From an uncultured Methanomicrobiales archaeon (GTDB lineage Archaea > Halobacteriota > Methanomicrobia > Methanomicrobiales > Methanospirillaceae), in the NCBI GenBank assembly GCA_963758915.1, contig CAVWXH010000008.1, positions 9,962-73,961 on the forward strand: 64,000 bases of DNA, read 5' to 3'. This document shows positions 44,384 to 54,924 of this stretch, piece by piece. Each line of letters begins with the position of its first letter. Within the stretch, counting starts at the first letter, position 1. Both the position numbers and the translations under genes were made by a program. A model generated the notes under the pieces. The model was not told the origin of the DNA, did no database searches, and saw only the letters and a program-made list of their open reading frames with translations.

Positions 44384-45150
44384 CAGATGCAATTGAACTC
44401 GACCATGTGTATGCTGAAATCGCAGGGCAGACCGTCCTTGAAGATATCAGCCTTGCAGTGAATACGAGGGAGTTTTATGCAATCATCGGCCCGAATGGTG
44501 GGGGTAAGACAACCCTGGTAAAGCTCATGCTTGGATTAATCCAACCGAAAATGGGGACCATCAAGGTATTTGGCGGGATGCCACGGGAGAACCGGAGGAT
44601 GCTCGGCTATGTCCCCCAGTTTCACACGTTTGATTTTCATTATCCTGTCACCCTTGAAGAGATGGTGATCTCCGGGCGACTGGGAAATAAATCCCGGGTA
44701 TTCACACGGTATACGAAAGAAGACCGTCGTATTACGGAAGAAGTCTTAATTACCCTGGGTATTTCCGACCTTTCAGGCAGGGCGATATCCGCGCTTTCCG
44801 GTGGTGAACGGCAGCGTGCAATTATCGCCCGTGCCCTGGTCAGTGAACCCCGTGCCCTCCTCCTCGATGAACCGACCGTGTATGTTGATGCACCTGCTGA
44901 ACAGCAGTTTTACAACATTCTCAACTCGTTGAAAGAGAAAATGGCCGTTGTCCTTGTTACCCATGATATCGGGGTAGTCTCTGATTATGCAACGAAGGTG
45001 GCCTGCCTTAACCGGCGCCTGTATACTCATGACAGTGGCGAGATAACTGAGGAGATGCTGACCTCGGCGTACATGTGCCCGGTTGAACTGATAGCACACG
45101 GCGTCCCTCACCGGGTACTCCGGAAACATTCGCAGGAGGGGCCACCATGA
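44380..45150 (+). CDS. znuC: Metal ABC transporter ATPase
   Basis: GPNGGGKTT, GYVPQ, LSGGERQR, HGVPHRV. Confidence 0.9.
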   Translation: MTDAIELDHVYAEIAGQTVLEDISLAVNTREFYAIIGPNGGGKTTLVKLMLGLIQPKMGTIKVFGGMPRENRRMLGYVPQFHTFDFHYPVTLEEMVISGRLGNKSRVFTRYTKEDRRITEEVLITLGISDLSGRAISALSGGERQRAIIARALVSEPRALLLDEPTVYVDAPAEQQFYNILNSLKEKMAVVLVTHDIGVVSDYATKVACLNRRLYTHDSGEITEEMLTSAYMCPVELIAHGVPHRVLRKHSQEGPP

Positions 45151-45980
45151 TCTCCGTAATGGCGTTCGAATTTTTCCAAAATGCCCTTCTGGCAGGATTT
45201 CTTGCAAGTATTACCTGCGGCATCATCGGTACGTATGTCGTGGTAAAGAAGCTGGTCGCATTATCAGGCGGGGTCTCCCATGCAGCATTCGGGGGTATCG
45301 GCCTCGGTTACTATGCCGGTTTTGACCCGGTCATCGGGGCTATCGGATTTTCTCTTGCGAGTGCCCTTGGCATGGGAATGGTATCCCTCCATGCAAAACA
45401 ACATCTAGACACCCTAATCGGTGCAATATGGGCTATTGGGATGGCGATTGGTATCCTGTTTATCTCGCTTACACCCGGTTATGCACCTGACCTTTTCAGC
45501 TTCCTGTTCGGTAATATCCTGCTCGTACCGGCAGGGGACCTTGTGATTATGGCAATCCTTGCGGTCATGATCGTGGTTGTAGTAATCGCCTGTTACCAGA
45601 GCTTTCTCGCTGTTACGTTCGATGAAGAGTATGCAATGGTCCTCGATATCCCCGTGGAAATTGTTACTCTTCTTCTGCTGTCCCTTGTTGCACTCACGGT
45701 GGTCATGCTTATCAGGATCGTAGGAATTATCCTGGTAATCGCATTACTCACGTTGCCCGCGGCTATCAGCAGGGAATATTGTTCCCACCTGAAGAATATG
45801 ATGGTACTCTCGGTGTTTATCGGTATTCTTGTCACTACCGGGGGGATCTTCCTCTCCTATTTCCTTGATGTTCCATCGGGTGCGACAATTATCCTGATTG
45901 CCGCGGGACTGTATGGGCTCGTGCTGATAGAACGGGGATTGCAGAGCAATAAACGAAGAGTTAATCCGGGAAATACCTGA
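45147..45980 (+). CDS. znuB: Metal ABC transporter permease
   Basis: SHAAFGG, FLFGNIL, FDEEYA, PSGATI. Confidence 0.9.
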   Translation: MISVMAFEFFQNALLAGFLASITCGIIGTYVVVKKLVALSGGVSHAAFGGIGLGYYAGFDPVIGAIGFSLASALGMGMVSLHAKQHLDTLIGAIWAIGMAIGILFISLTPGYAPDLFSFLFGNILLVPAGDLVIMAILAVMIVVVVIACYQSFLAVTFDEEYAMVLDIPVEIVTLLLLSLVALTVVMLIRIVGIILVIALLTLPAAISREYCSHLKNMMVLSVFIGILVTTGGIFLSYFLDVPSGATIILIAAGLYGLVLIERGLQSNKRRVNPGNT

Positions 45981-45985
45981 ACAAG

Positions 45986-46224
45986 GGCTTTGTTGAAACC
46001 CTTCGGTGCCATAAATAATAAGAAGGAAATACGAAGACATGAGGGGGTTTCACCCCCTCCCAGCCCCACACCATTAAGATATTCTTCGGGCAGGGTTTTT
46101 CGAAGGCTCATTAAATTCAGAGTATTTTGAGGATAGTCTCGATCCCAGCCGGGGTCGCCAAGAAGCGGGGCATGAGCCCCGGGAGCGTGACGAATTTTGG
46201 AATTACCAATCTGCAAGATAGATA
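45986..46224 (+). mobile_element. MITE-like repeat, copy 5 (right end not recognisable)
   Basis: GGCTTTGTTGAAACCC start 5 nt after the znuB stop; body very similar to copy 3. Confidence 0.85.
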
Positions 46225-46280
46225 TCGTCGGTTATAAGAGGGGTGGTCAATACGTGAGGGCTATAGAGAATGTTGCTGTA

Positions 46281-47879
46281 TCATGGAGCACCTGCACCGG
46301 GGTGTTGAGCGGATAAAACTATTTTATGGTCTAGTTTCAGGCCGAATGTGCGCTCGAAATTTTTAGCCTCGTTATCTACCCCCCAGGACTCAAACTGGCA
46401 GTCTTCACGGGCAACAACTTCAAGTTCAGCCGTTTTATCGATAATCCTGGTAAAGGACACCCGTTCGATCAGAGCAGCATGCCGCCGGTCCAGGCTCTCT
46501 GAAAGGCGAAGGAATGTTGAAAGAATGGTGACCTGTTCTTTCCCGTGTTCATCAAGTTCAGGCATCTCGATTTCTTTTTTTCGTGGCAGTTTCTTGCGGT
46601 GGTACCGGGCTATGTTCGCCATTATCAGGATCTCATCGGGCTCAAACCCGAGCAGGTCACTGTTCCTTATAATGTAGTAGGAGTGTGCGTGGTGGTTGTT
46701 AAACGAAATCAGCGACCCAATATCATGTAAAAAGGACGCATATTCCAGAAGTTCCCTCTCACGTGAACCCAGTGAATGAAGCCCCACTGTTTTGCCACTG
46801 TCAAACAGTTCAAGTGCGATGGTTGAAACCGTCCTTGCGTGGAACTCGTTGATCCCAAACGCCCTTCCCGTAAGGAGCACGCTTTTCTCCCGGACAGTAA
46901 GGTGGCCTATAAGAGGGAACTCCTCCATTTTCGAAAGGTAATCCGCAAGGAGACCATCCTGGAGCCCTCTCTGCGTCATTTCAAGCGCCTGGATGTTCAG
47001 TTCTTTCATAAGCGTGTCAATGATGGCAGTCCCGGCAATAATGATATCAGCCCTTTCAGGATTGATCCCGGGTATTTTACGGCGCTCCGCAAGAGACAAC
47101 GAACAAATAACAGGGACTGTCTTTTTTAGGTCTGATACAGAAAGGACTGACCGTTTCGGTTCACCTGCGTGGAACAACCGTGCCGCAATATCGCAAAGGT
47201 TGATGATAGTCCCGGAACTTCCGACAACTATGTCAACGGGATGACGCCCTGCCTGGCGTATCACTGCACGGGCCTCATTCCGGACATAGTCGGCGATCTC
47301 TTCATACCGGGATTCACTTACCGGCTCCACCACTCCGTCGGGGAAGAACATATTCGTCAGCCTGATAGTGCCGAGGTGCATGCTTGACAGGTAACTGCAC
47401 GCACCATTCCTCCCAATTGCTACCTCGGTACTACCCCCACCGATATCAATGACCATGACCTGTTCGTCTTCCAGCTGCATCGCAGTAGTGACACCCATGA
47501 AAATCAGGCGTGCCTCTTCCCGGCCTGAAATTACCTGTACATCAAGGTGTGCCTCTTTCCTGAGCCTGGACAGGAATTCGTACCTGTTCTGGGCTTCCCG
47601 CGTTGCGGAAGTGGCAACTGCTACAAATTCTTCAGCACAAAAAGAGTGGGCAAGTTCGACAAACTTCCCTGCGACCATGACCGCCCTGTCCATGGCCTCC
47701 GTGGTTATGAACCCGGTTTCAAATTCTCCTTCACCCAGCCGTACTGCTTCCTTTTTGCTCGAAAGGACGATATACGAGCAGTCAGGGTTCAGCCTGACAA
47801 CAAACAGCCGGATAGAATTAGTACCGATGTCAATGAACGCAACGACCCGCGATACCTGTGGAGTCTTTGTTCCTGTCAT
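46281..47879 (-). CDS. ppx: Exopolyphosphatase Ppx/GppA with HD domain
   Basis: IDIGTNS, ATSATREA, DIGGGSTE, LHDIG. Confidence 0.93.
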   Translation of the reverse strand: MTGTKTPQVSRVVAFIDIGTNSIRLFVVRLNPDCSYIVLSSKKEAVRLGEGEFETGFITTEAMDRAVMVAGKFVELAHSFCAEEFVAVATSATREAQNRYEFLSRLRKEAHLDVQVISGREEARLIFMGVTTAMQLEDEQVMVIDIGGGSTEVAIGRNGACSYLSSMHLGTIRLTNMFFPDGVVEPVSESRYEEIADYVRNEARAVIRQAGRHPVDIVVGSSGTIINLCDIAARLFHAGEPKRSVLSVSDLKKTVPVICSLSLAERRKIPGINPERADIIIAGTAIIDTLMKELNIQALEMTQRGLQDGLLADYLSKMEEFPLIGHLTVREKSVLLTGRAFGINEFHARTVSTIALELFDSGKTVGLHSLGSRERELLEYASFLHDIGSLISFNNHHAHSYYIIRNSDLLGFEPDEILIMANIARYHRKKLPRKKEIEMPELDEHGKEQVTILSTFLRLSESLDRRHAALIERVSFTRIIDKTAELEVVAREDCQFESWGVDNEAKNFERTFGLKLDHKIVLSAQHPGAGAP

Positions 47880-48161
47880 AATGCATCAATCTATTGCAAA
47901 TTCCTGAGGGTCTCGAATAATTCTGTATTACCCGGCGGGATGATCTTTTCAGTCAACATCTATCGCAGGATACTATCACTTGTCTCTTTGATTATCACCC
48001 TTGTAAATTTACCTTTAAAAATTTCAGGGGATTCGATAGTATGAGGGATCACTTCTGCCAATCCCTCCTTAATCCAGCTGTTTACACAATTAGCATTGCG
48101 GGGATAATAATATGAAGCCCGCCGGGCCCGTGATGTGTTTTAGGGAATATGACGGCCTGTA

Positions 48162-49271
48162 TCAGGTAAGAGGGCATTGTTTTTCAATCCTGCACTGCAT
48201 GCACAATCCAATGGTACCGGCGACTACCAGGCATAATGACGCAGTAATAAGAAATGCCGTTAAGAACCCAAAATATTCTGCAATATAGGTGACAAAAAAC
48301 GGAATTATTGTCATCCCAAGATAACTAGACGTATTAAACAGTCCCATGAAGGTACCCTGTTCTTTTCCGGCATCTGCAAGGAAGGCGAGCTGGGCGATCA
48401 TGATGATACCTGCAAATGCCCCGATGACAATAAAAGCCCAGGAAGTGACGTAACTGGCTATCACCGCTACAGAAGAGAAAATGGCAGTTATCCGGATTGT
48501 CGGGATCGGGGCAAATTTCACATGGGATACTAAAAGGATCGCAATCGCGGTTGCACCATTCATCGCGGCAATCTGGAGGCCGATAGTCTCCGGGCTGTTA
48601 CCACTGAACTGCGGATACAACGCAGTCACGGCACCGGTAATCCCAATCAGGACAACCGCAGAAAACCACATCCAGAAGTACTTTTTCAGGTTACCTGCCA
48701 GGTTTTTTAACACGGGAAATCCCGGGGAAGAAGGAAGGATCGCCCTCCGGCCGTCAAATGATTCGAGGATACTTAGTATAAATGGAATTATCGACACCAG
48801 GAGAAAAATCATTATCCCGGCAGAACGGAAGCCAAAGGCCTTACTGGCCAGGCCTGATAGTATAAGGCCTGCGATAAGCCCGATATTTAACAGGGCCATG
48901 AAAAGTCCGATCGAACGCGTATGATCCTGACGTGAATTAATATACGACATCGCGGAAGCAATAAAAAGACCTGCACCGACACCCTCTGTCAGCCTAGCAA
49001 CGATGGTCATATACACCGATGAGTCCATAAGAAGCAGAACACCTGAAACGATTGTCAGCAGGAGCCCGGCCCTGATAAAATATGTATGTCCCCACCGGTC
49101 CGATAATATCCCGACCGGGAGTGTCAGAAGAAATGCACCGAGAAAATAAGCGGAAAATATCTGGCCCTGTAACGCGGTCCCGGAGGCGTACGAGGCAAGG
49201 TCCGGGACGATGGCATTTGAGAGTGCCATGACTGAGAAAATACCCAGGTATAACGTAATCAGGGCTTTCAT
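48162..49271 (-). CDS. MFS transporter
   Basis: About 12 TM helices, GILSDRWG motif A. Confidence 0.88.
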   Translation of the reverse strand: MKALITLYLGIFSVMALSNAIVPDLASYASGTALQGQIFSAYFLGAFLLTLPVGILSDRWGHTYFIRAGLLLTIVSGVLLLMDSSVYMTIVARLTEGVGAGLFIASAMSYINSRQDHTRSIGLFMALLNIGLIAGLILSGLASKAFGFRSAGIMIFLLVSIIPFILSILESFDGRRAILPSSPGFPVLKNLAGNLKKYFWMWFSAVVLIGITGAVTALYPQFSGNSPETIGLQIAAMNGATAIAILLVSHVKFAPIPTIRITAIFSSVAVIASYVTSWAFIVIGAFAGIIMIAQLAFLADAGKEQGTFMGLFNTSSYLGMTIIPFFVTYIAEYFGFLTAFLITASLCLVVAGTIGLCMQCRIEKQCPLT

Positions 49272-49285
49272 GTGAAAAAGGGTTG

Positions 49286-51175
49286 TTAGATCATCCGGTA
49301 TGTTTCAAGGTTCATAGGGGAATGGGTCTGGATATGGTACCGCTTATAGAGCGAGCTGGCAAGGTCTATGGTATTGTTCTCATCGCCGTGAATGGTAAAA
49401 ATCTTTTCAGGTCTCGGTTGAACCTGGCCCACATAATTCATCAGCTGCCTCCTGTCCGAATGCCCGGAGAACCCATCGACGGTGACGATCTCGAGGTTGA
49501 TTATGATGGTCCTGCCCCGTCCAAGCGGCACTTCTCGCCAGCCTTTCTGTATACGCCTCCCCAGCGTCCCGTCTGCCTGGTACCCGACAAAGACGAGAGC
49601 GTTCCGCTCATCTGCTGCAAGGTTGCTCAGGTACTCCATTACAGGGCCGCCGTTCATCATCCCGCTTGTTGTGATGATTACACAAGGGTCGCCGTTGATG
49701 ACACGCTCGCGGAGGTCTGATGAGTCCACCGCAACAAAGCATTCTGAAAGGAACGGGTTCATTCCTTCCTTGAAGATAAGGTTCCGGAGGTCACTGTTTA
49801 AGTATTCGGGATAGGTGGTGTGTATTGCCGTCGCTTCCTTGATCATACCGTCAAGGTAAATCTTGACATTCGGGATTTTCTCTTTCCTGATCCCCTCTTC
49901 GAGAGCGAGCATTACTTCCTGCGAACGCCCTACAGCAAATGCCGGAATGATGACTTTTCCACCCCGTGACAGGACAACATTGATCGTCTCGTAGAGCTTC
50001 TCCTCGGCATCTGACCGTGCCGGTTGCATATTATCTGAGCCACCATACGTACTTTCCATGAAGAGTGCCTCAAGGCGGGGGAAATTTGCTGTTGCGGGGT
50101 TGAAGAGACGACTTTTACTGTAGTTGAAGTCCCCGGTGAATGCGATATTGTAGAGGCCGTCGCCGATATGGAAATGGGCGATGGCAGAACCGAGAATATG
50201 GCCGGCGTTATGGAATGTCAGTTTAATATCGGGTGCGATATCAGTCACGTTCCCATAATTAAGAGTAATAGAGTGCTTGATATATGTCTTGACTTCGTTT
50301 GAGGAGTATGGAATCTTCCGGTCTTCCTTATGGATGACGTCAAGATAGTCCAGCTGGAGCATCGCAGAAAGGTCACGGGTCGGTGGTGTGCTGTAGACAG
50401 GCCCGTCATACCCGTATTTATACAGGAGTGGGACAAGGGCACAATGATCGAGGTGCGCATGGGTCAGAACTACCGCATCGAGCTGCGAGAGCGGGTGTAT
50501 CTCCGGGACATAGAGGTATGGCGTACTGTTATTACTGTCAGGCTTCTCCCCGCAGTCGATTAATATCCTGCTTTCTGGAGTCGTAAGCAAAAATGCTGCC
50601 CTTCCGACTTCCCTGCAGCAGCCGAGCATCGTGACCCTCGCCCATTGGTCCTTGCTTGTAATATCACGGTGAATACGGCGTCCGATTGTGCGTAAGAATA
50701 TTTTCCGGTCTTCGTTAACTGACCTGAGGTACTGGCGTACCTGTTTTACCGTAGAGCTCTCGATCGGGGGTGTCCTGACGACTTTAGGTGTCCAGCCAAT
50801 ATGTTTTGTTATCTCACGGAGCGTTGCCCCGTTTTTCCCGATAACTACCCCTGGTTTTTCAGCCTCGATTATTACTTCCCCGGTGTCTGCATCAAAAAAG
50901 ATATCCGTGATCCCTGCATTTTCGGCTACAACTGCCTTGATCTCACCAATTGCCCTGTCAGGGTCTTCCAGCACGTTCGGGCGGACCACGATACGCTTAC
51001 GCAGGTCCCTGGCCAGTAGTTTGATAAGATCCGCCTCATCGGCAAATTTTTTCGGGTCGTCGGTATAGATAACCAGTTCCGGCCCTTCAAATTCCACGTC
51101 TGATACAGTGATGCCTGCAGGCACCTTTTCATTAATCTTATCCTTAAGTTCTTTCAATCTATCTTCAATTAGCAT
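49286..51175 (-). CDS. beta-CASP ribonuclease aCPSF1 (FttA)
   Basis: N-terminal KH domains, THAHLDH, GFSGHSD. Confidence 0.95.
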   Translation of the reverse strand: MLIEDRLKELKDKINEKVPAGITVSDVEFEGPELVIYTDDPKKFADEADLIKLLARDLRKRIVVRPNVLEDPDRAIGEIKAVVAENAGITDIFFDADTGEVIIEAEKPGVVIGKNGATLREITKHIGWTPKVVRTPPIESSTVKQVRQYLRSVNEDRKIFLRTIGRRIHRDITSKDQWARVTMLGCCREVGRAAFLLTTPESRILIDCGEKPDSNNSTPYLYVPEIHPLSQLDAVVLTHAHLDHCALVPLLYKYGYDGPVYSTPPTRDLSAMLQLDYLDVIHKEDRKIPYSSNEVKTYIKHSITLNYGNVTDIAPDIKLTFHNAGHILGSAIAHFHIGDGLYNIAFTGDFNYSKSRLFNPATANFPRLEALFMESTYGGSDNMQPARSDAEEKLYETINVVLSRGGKVIIPAFAVGRSQEVMLALEEGIRKEKIPNVKIYLDGMIKEATAIHTTYPEYLNSDLRNLIFKEGMNPFLSECFVAVDSSDLRERVINGDPCVIITTSGMMNGGPVMEYLSNLAADERNALVFVGYQADGTLGRRIQKGWREVPLGRGRTIIINLEIVTVDGFSGHSDRRQLMNYVGQVQPRPEKIFTIHGDENNTIDLASSLYKRYHIQTHSPMNLETYRMI

Positions 51176-51199
51176 TTAATCCGTCCTAAAAAAAAGAAA

Positions 51200-51841
51200 T
51201 TATGCAGCGATTGCTGAAAGTGCCTTTTGGATCTGCTCATCGGCAAGCTCCATGTAACTCTCCCTGGTGATAACCACAACGTGGATACCTTCACCAGACC
51301 CTGCATCACGTCTCATTGCAGCTTTAATTGCCCTAATCGCGAGTTCAACTGCATCATCTTCGTTCATGTCTTTTTTAAACCGGTCTTCAAGTACCCCGTA
51401 GGCGCCGGGAGACCCTGAACCGGTGGCGACAATCTCTTCTTCCTTTGTCGCACCGCCCATTGCATCAACCGAATATATCGTAGGGCCTGATTCATCAACG
51501 CCACCGACGAGGAGCTGGACATAATACGGGAAGTAACGGTTTGCATTCAGTAAATTTGAGAGGAGCGTTGAGGCTGCCCCAACGGCAATCGGTCGCCCGC
51601 GCCGGATCTGGTACAGGCTGCTTTCGACTGTCATTACCCGGGCAAGCTGTTGTGCGTCCCCGACACCGCCTGCAGTTGTCATTCCTATACGGTCAGAAAT
51701 CTGGTAGACTTTCTTTGCCTTCTTACTGGCTATGAAATATCCCATTGTTGCCCTTTTCTCTGTGGCAAGGACGACTCCATCAGAAAACACCAGACCAACC
51801 GTGGTCGTCCCTTTGAGAGGTTCCTGGTAAGGTTCATTCAT
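51200..51841 (-). CDS. psmB: Proteasome beta subunit
   Basis: Propeptide-KG|TTTVG, ATGSGS, RDAGSG. Confidence 0.95.
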   Translation of the reverse strand: MNEPYQEPLKGTTTVGLVFSDGVVLATEKRATMGYFIASKKAKKVYQISDRIGMTTAGGVGDAQQLARVMTVESSLYQIRRGRPIAVGAASTLLSNLLNANRYFPYYVQLLVGGVDESGPTIYSVDAMGGATKEEEIVATGSGSPGAYGVLEDRFKKDMNEDDAVELAIRAIKAAMRRDAGSGEGIHVVVITRESYMELADEQIQKALSAIAA

Positions 51842-51926
51842 ATGAAACACCCTAAAATATTGTAACGCTGGAAAAATTACTAAAAGCGCTTGAGTTATAT
51901 GATGACATCAATAAATTTAAAGGTTT

Positions 51927-52775
51927 TTATTGAATGGCCGGGTTGCAGAGCACCCTGATAAGGTCGCGGTCAAAAAGCATCGCTACAAGTTTCTTATCAC
52001 CATTGATCACGGGTAACTGGTCTACGCGGGCACGTTTCATCTTAAGTGCACAGTCGCTGACTTCTGAATTAACCGGGACTGCTACGACATTTTTAACCAT
52101 CGCTGTCTTTACCGGTCTCGGGGGCAGCTGGACCTTTGAAATACCGTAACTGATGGTATGCATATCACGGATACTTTCCCATGTCCACTCATCATCATCA
52201 GTACCGTTTGAGAAATCGCTAATCTCTACGGAGTCCTCAATCGTCGAATGCCTGATAAGGTCACGTTCGGATATGATCCCCTGGAGTTTACTCTCCGCAT
52301 CAAGGATCGGTATTGCCTCGAACCCGGAGATCTCCATAACACGTCCGACAACCGGCAACGGTGTCTCTTCCCATAACGCGAAGGTCTGGCTGGTATAGGC
52401 GTCCTTGATCTCATCTTTGATCCGTAATGTGGCAATGGCGTGGACCAGGTCGGCAATACTGATCAGGCCAAGAAGCGTTTCATCTTCTATTACCGGCAGC
52501 CTGCGGACATTATGGTTCACGAGGAGTTTTGCCGCCTCGCTCAACGGGGCATCCGGGCTGATCACTACAGGTTCCGCAGTCATCAGGAGACCGAGCTGGG
52601 TCTCTTCTGATTTCCGGAGGAGGTCTTTCCTGGTGATGATACCTACCAGTCTACCTCCTTTTAGTACCGGAACACCACTTATACCCGTCCTCTTCAGAAT
52701 TTTAAGTACATCGTCCCGGTTTCCAGGGATTTCTACACTGACCACATCCGCGGTCATGAAGTCCTTAACCAGCAT
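51927..52775 (-). CDS. CBS-domain protein (4 CBS repeats)
   Basis: Repeated SGVPV/RRLPV/AIPI/QLPV CBS motifs. Confidence 0.9.
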   Translation of the reverse strand: MLVKDFMTADVVSVEIPGNRDDVLKILKRTGISGVPVLKGGRLVGIITRKDLLRKSEETQLGLLMTAEPVVISPDAPLSEAAKLLVNHNVRRLPVIEDETLLGLISIADLVHAIATLRIKDEIKDAYTSQTFALWEETPLPVVGRVMEISGFEAIPILDAESKLQGIISERDLIRHSTIEDSVEISDFSNGTDDDEWTWESIRDMHTISYGISKVQLPPRPVKTAMVKNVVAVPVNSEVSDCALKMKRARVDQLPVINGDKKLVAMLFDRDLIRVLCNPAIQ

Positions 52776-52780
52776 ATCGG

Positions 52781-53210
52781 TTATGATCTCACCACCAGGA
52801 CTGCCACGGGGCAGTTTGAGACTACAAATGAGCTTACACTTCCAAGAAGGAGGCGGTCCACATTACTTTTTCCATGTGAACCTACTATCACAATGTCAGC
52901 GCCGATATCTTCTGCCGCTTTCACGATTTCACTGCCTGCATGGCCTTGTTTAAGGTGGGGGGTGATCAGCACTCCTTTTACATCAGCCTGCTTTTTTGCC
53001 TCTGCTATTGCTTTACCCCCTTCTTTTTCAAGCATCGACAGCATGATTTCCCAGGTGTTGTCCATCGGCAGGGATGAAAAGAGCCCGGTCTCAACGACAT
53101 AAACGACATGAAGGGCTGCTTTCCATACTCTTGCTTCGTCTATTGCGGTCTTGGAGTGCCTGTCCACTCATTCCCGATCCGTCGATTGCGACGAGTATTT
53201 TACCGAACAT
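52781..53210 (-). CDS. Universal stress protein (one +1 frameshift at ~53153)
   Basis: True N-terminus MFGKILVAIDGS in another frame; C-terminal VGSHGKS..LLGSVS. Confidence 0.85.
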
Positions 53211-53242
53211 CAGTTACCCCACAAAATAGTCTTCTTTATGAG

Positions 53243-54286
53243 TTAGCTCTCTAAAATAAAAACCTTCTTGATTATGCTGGCTGAAGAGCCCCGTTTTACG
53301 ATTGTTGCAAGGTGGTCGAGACTGAAGCGCATATTGGACTGTCCGGGACTCATTATAAAAAATCTTGCAGGCACCCCCTTCCTGATGAAAAAAGAGGTCT
53401 TTGTGAGGTGTGATCCATCAATTGCAGCTTTGATCAGCAGGGGCGGGGGCACCCGGTACACGTAGTGGGTAAATGCCATCTCCGCAAACATGTCCGGCTG
53501 GACAAACATCACGTTGTCAGTCCCGAGGAATACGCGGCAACCGAGGTCGATCATGTCATGAACGGGTGGTTCTGATGAGGACCCGGTAACCCCGAGGGCC
53601 CAGTTCGAGCGGGGGCAGACTGCAATAGGAATATTTTCATCAGCGCATTGCCTGAGCTGCAGCCGGGTTGCATGAGTACAGTGGATGAGAAGGTCCGGGC
53701 AAAATGAAAGAGCTGCGTCAACATCATCCGGGTCTCTTTCACCAGCATGAAAAGCGATTAATTTTCCATTGTCCCGGGCTTCCTTCACCAGTCTCTCGAG
53801 GCCGGGTACATCCCGGGAACTACTGATACCCAGACCTTCTGCGACCTGTTCGCCCCCGTCGCGGCCGAAAATAACGAGCCCGGGAAGTAACGACCCGGCC
53901 GCCTCATTCAGTGCCCTGACCCCGCTCAGACCACCTTCCCTGAAATCGGCACACCCTGCTGTACCGCTCTGTACCATTGTCCGGATACTGGAACGCATCC
54001 CGGAAACCATGTCATCCTGCGAAGCTGCCGCAAGAAGACGGTGCTTCAGCCCGTTCGGTGGGGTGACCAGTGAAGCAAGGTCTCCCCTGGCAGTCGCATC
54101 CATGGCAATAGTATCCCCAAGATGCGTGTGGGCATTAAAAAATGCGGGAACAATCCAGGCGTCCCCCGGATGCGGGTCATCCTCGATGTGCGTGATAATC
54201 CCTGATTTCACGACAATCGTGACAGGACGCTGCTCAAGTGACTCGCCGAGGAGGGCATGGCCACTGACCGTCACTTCCGTGTCCAT
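53243..54286 (-). CDS. Amidohydrolase family protein
   Basis: NAHTHLGD, HAGE, CPRSN, LGTDN. Confidence 0.88.
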   Translation of the reverse strand: MDTEVTVSGHALLGESLEQRPVTIVVKSGIITHIEDDPHPGDAWIVPAFFNAHTHLGDTIAMDATARGDLASLVTPPNGLKHRLLAAASQDDMVSGMRSSIRTMVQSGTAGCADFREGGLSGVRALNEAAGSLLPGLVIFGRDGGEQVAEGLGISSSRDVPGLERLVKEARDNGKLIAFHAGERDPDDVDAALSFCPDLLIHCTHATRLQLRQCADENIPIAVCPRSNWALGVTGSSSEPPVHDMIDLGCRVFLGTDNVMFVQPDMFAEMAFTHYVYRVPPPLLIKAAIDGSHLTKTSFFIRKGVPARFFIMSPGQSNMRFSLDHLATIVKRGSSASIIKKVFILES

Positions 54287-54336
54287 GTAGAGTCCTTAAC
54301 ACCCATTTATATATTGAGAATGAGAAATAGCTTTGT

Positions 54337-54498
54337 ATGGCAAAGGATAAGGGTGGAAGATTAATCTCGTCGGCAGGTCTTGTCAACTATTACGAGAGTG
54401 AAGACCGGCGGGCAGTTCATATCAGCCCCATCGCAGTGATTGTGGTGGCAGCCGCCATCGGGGCATTTATTTTAGTTTTGGATGTTATGTGGGTATAA
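54337..54498 (+). CDS. secG: Preprotein translocase subunit Sec61beta/SecG
   Basis: Not in ORF track (53 aa): MAKDKGGRLISSAGLVNYYESEDRRAVHISP + TM helix. Confidence 0.92.
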   Translation: MAKDKGGRLISSAGLVNYYESEDRRAVHISPIAVIVVAAAIGAFILVLDVMWV

Positions 54499-54584
54499 TC
54501 TTTTTTTGGGTGCTTTGACGGGAGGAAGATCCCGGGCAGAAAACCTTGGAAAATTATTAACCGTTACTTCCTGGTGTTTTTTCA

Positions 54585-54923
54585 GGCTTTATTGAACCCT
54601 GCGTGTTTAGTAAATGTACGTAGACTGGAGGGGGTTTCACCCCCTGTCCCACCTTTGACAAGATATTCTTTGGGCAGGGTTTGGGACGACATACGGAAGG
54701 AATCGAGTTTATCAATCATATTCCACCGGATTAGGCGTAGCTATCGGGAAATCGGTTGCCATCTCCACCAAAGTAACCCCCTGGCCCAGCCTCAAAGAGC
54801 AACATATCCACATTGCCAGGCGGCAGGGGTTAAGACAGCGGAGAAGGGGACTCGCGGGATGGATAATTATGTATACATGAACGGAATAAATAGACGATGT
54901 GTGAGGGTTATTTCATACTAGCG
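54585..54923 (+). mobile_element. MITE-like repeat, copy 6 (divergent interior)
   Basis: GGCTTTATTGAACCC start, AGACTGGAGGGGGTTTCACCCCC, AAGATATTCTTTGGGCAGGG; probable right end GAGGG..TTTCATACTAGCG. Confidence 0.7.
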
Positions 54924-54924
54924 A

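Noticed and set aside
45857-46216. ORFs within MITE copies (also 30500-30715 and 54574-54921)
   Set aside because: Not conserved in frame between copies and show no transposase motifs.
49286-51841. psmB-aCPSF1 linkage as a novel system
   Set aside because: A well-known conserved archaeal gene pair.
11007-54923. Repeats as a CRISPR array or tRNA-like/SRP RNA
   Set aside because: Dispersed rather than tandem, no spacers or cas genes, no cloverleaf; TIRs and TSDs fit a MITE.
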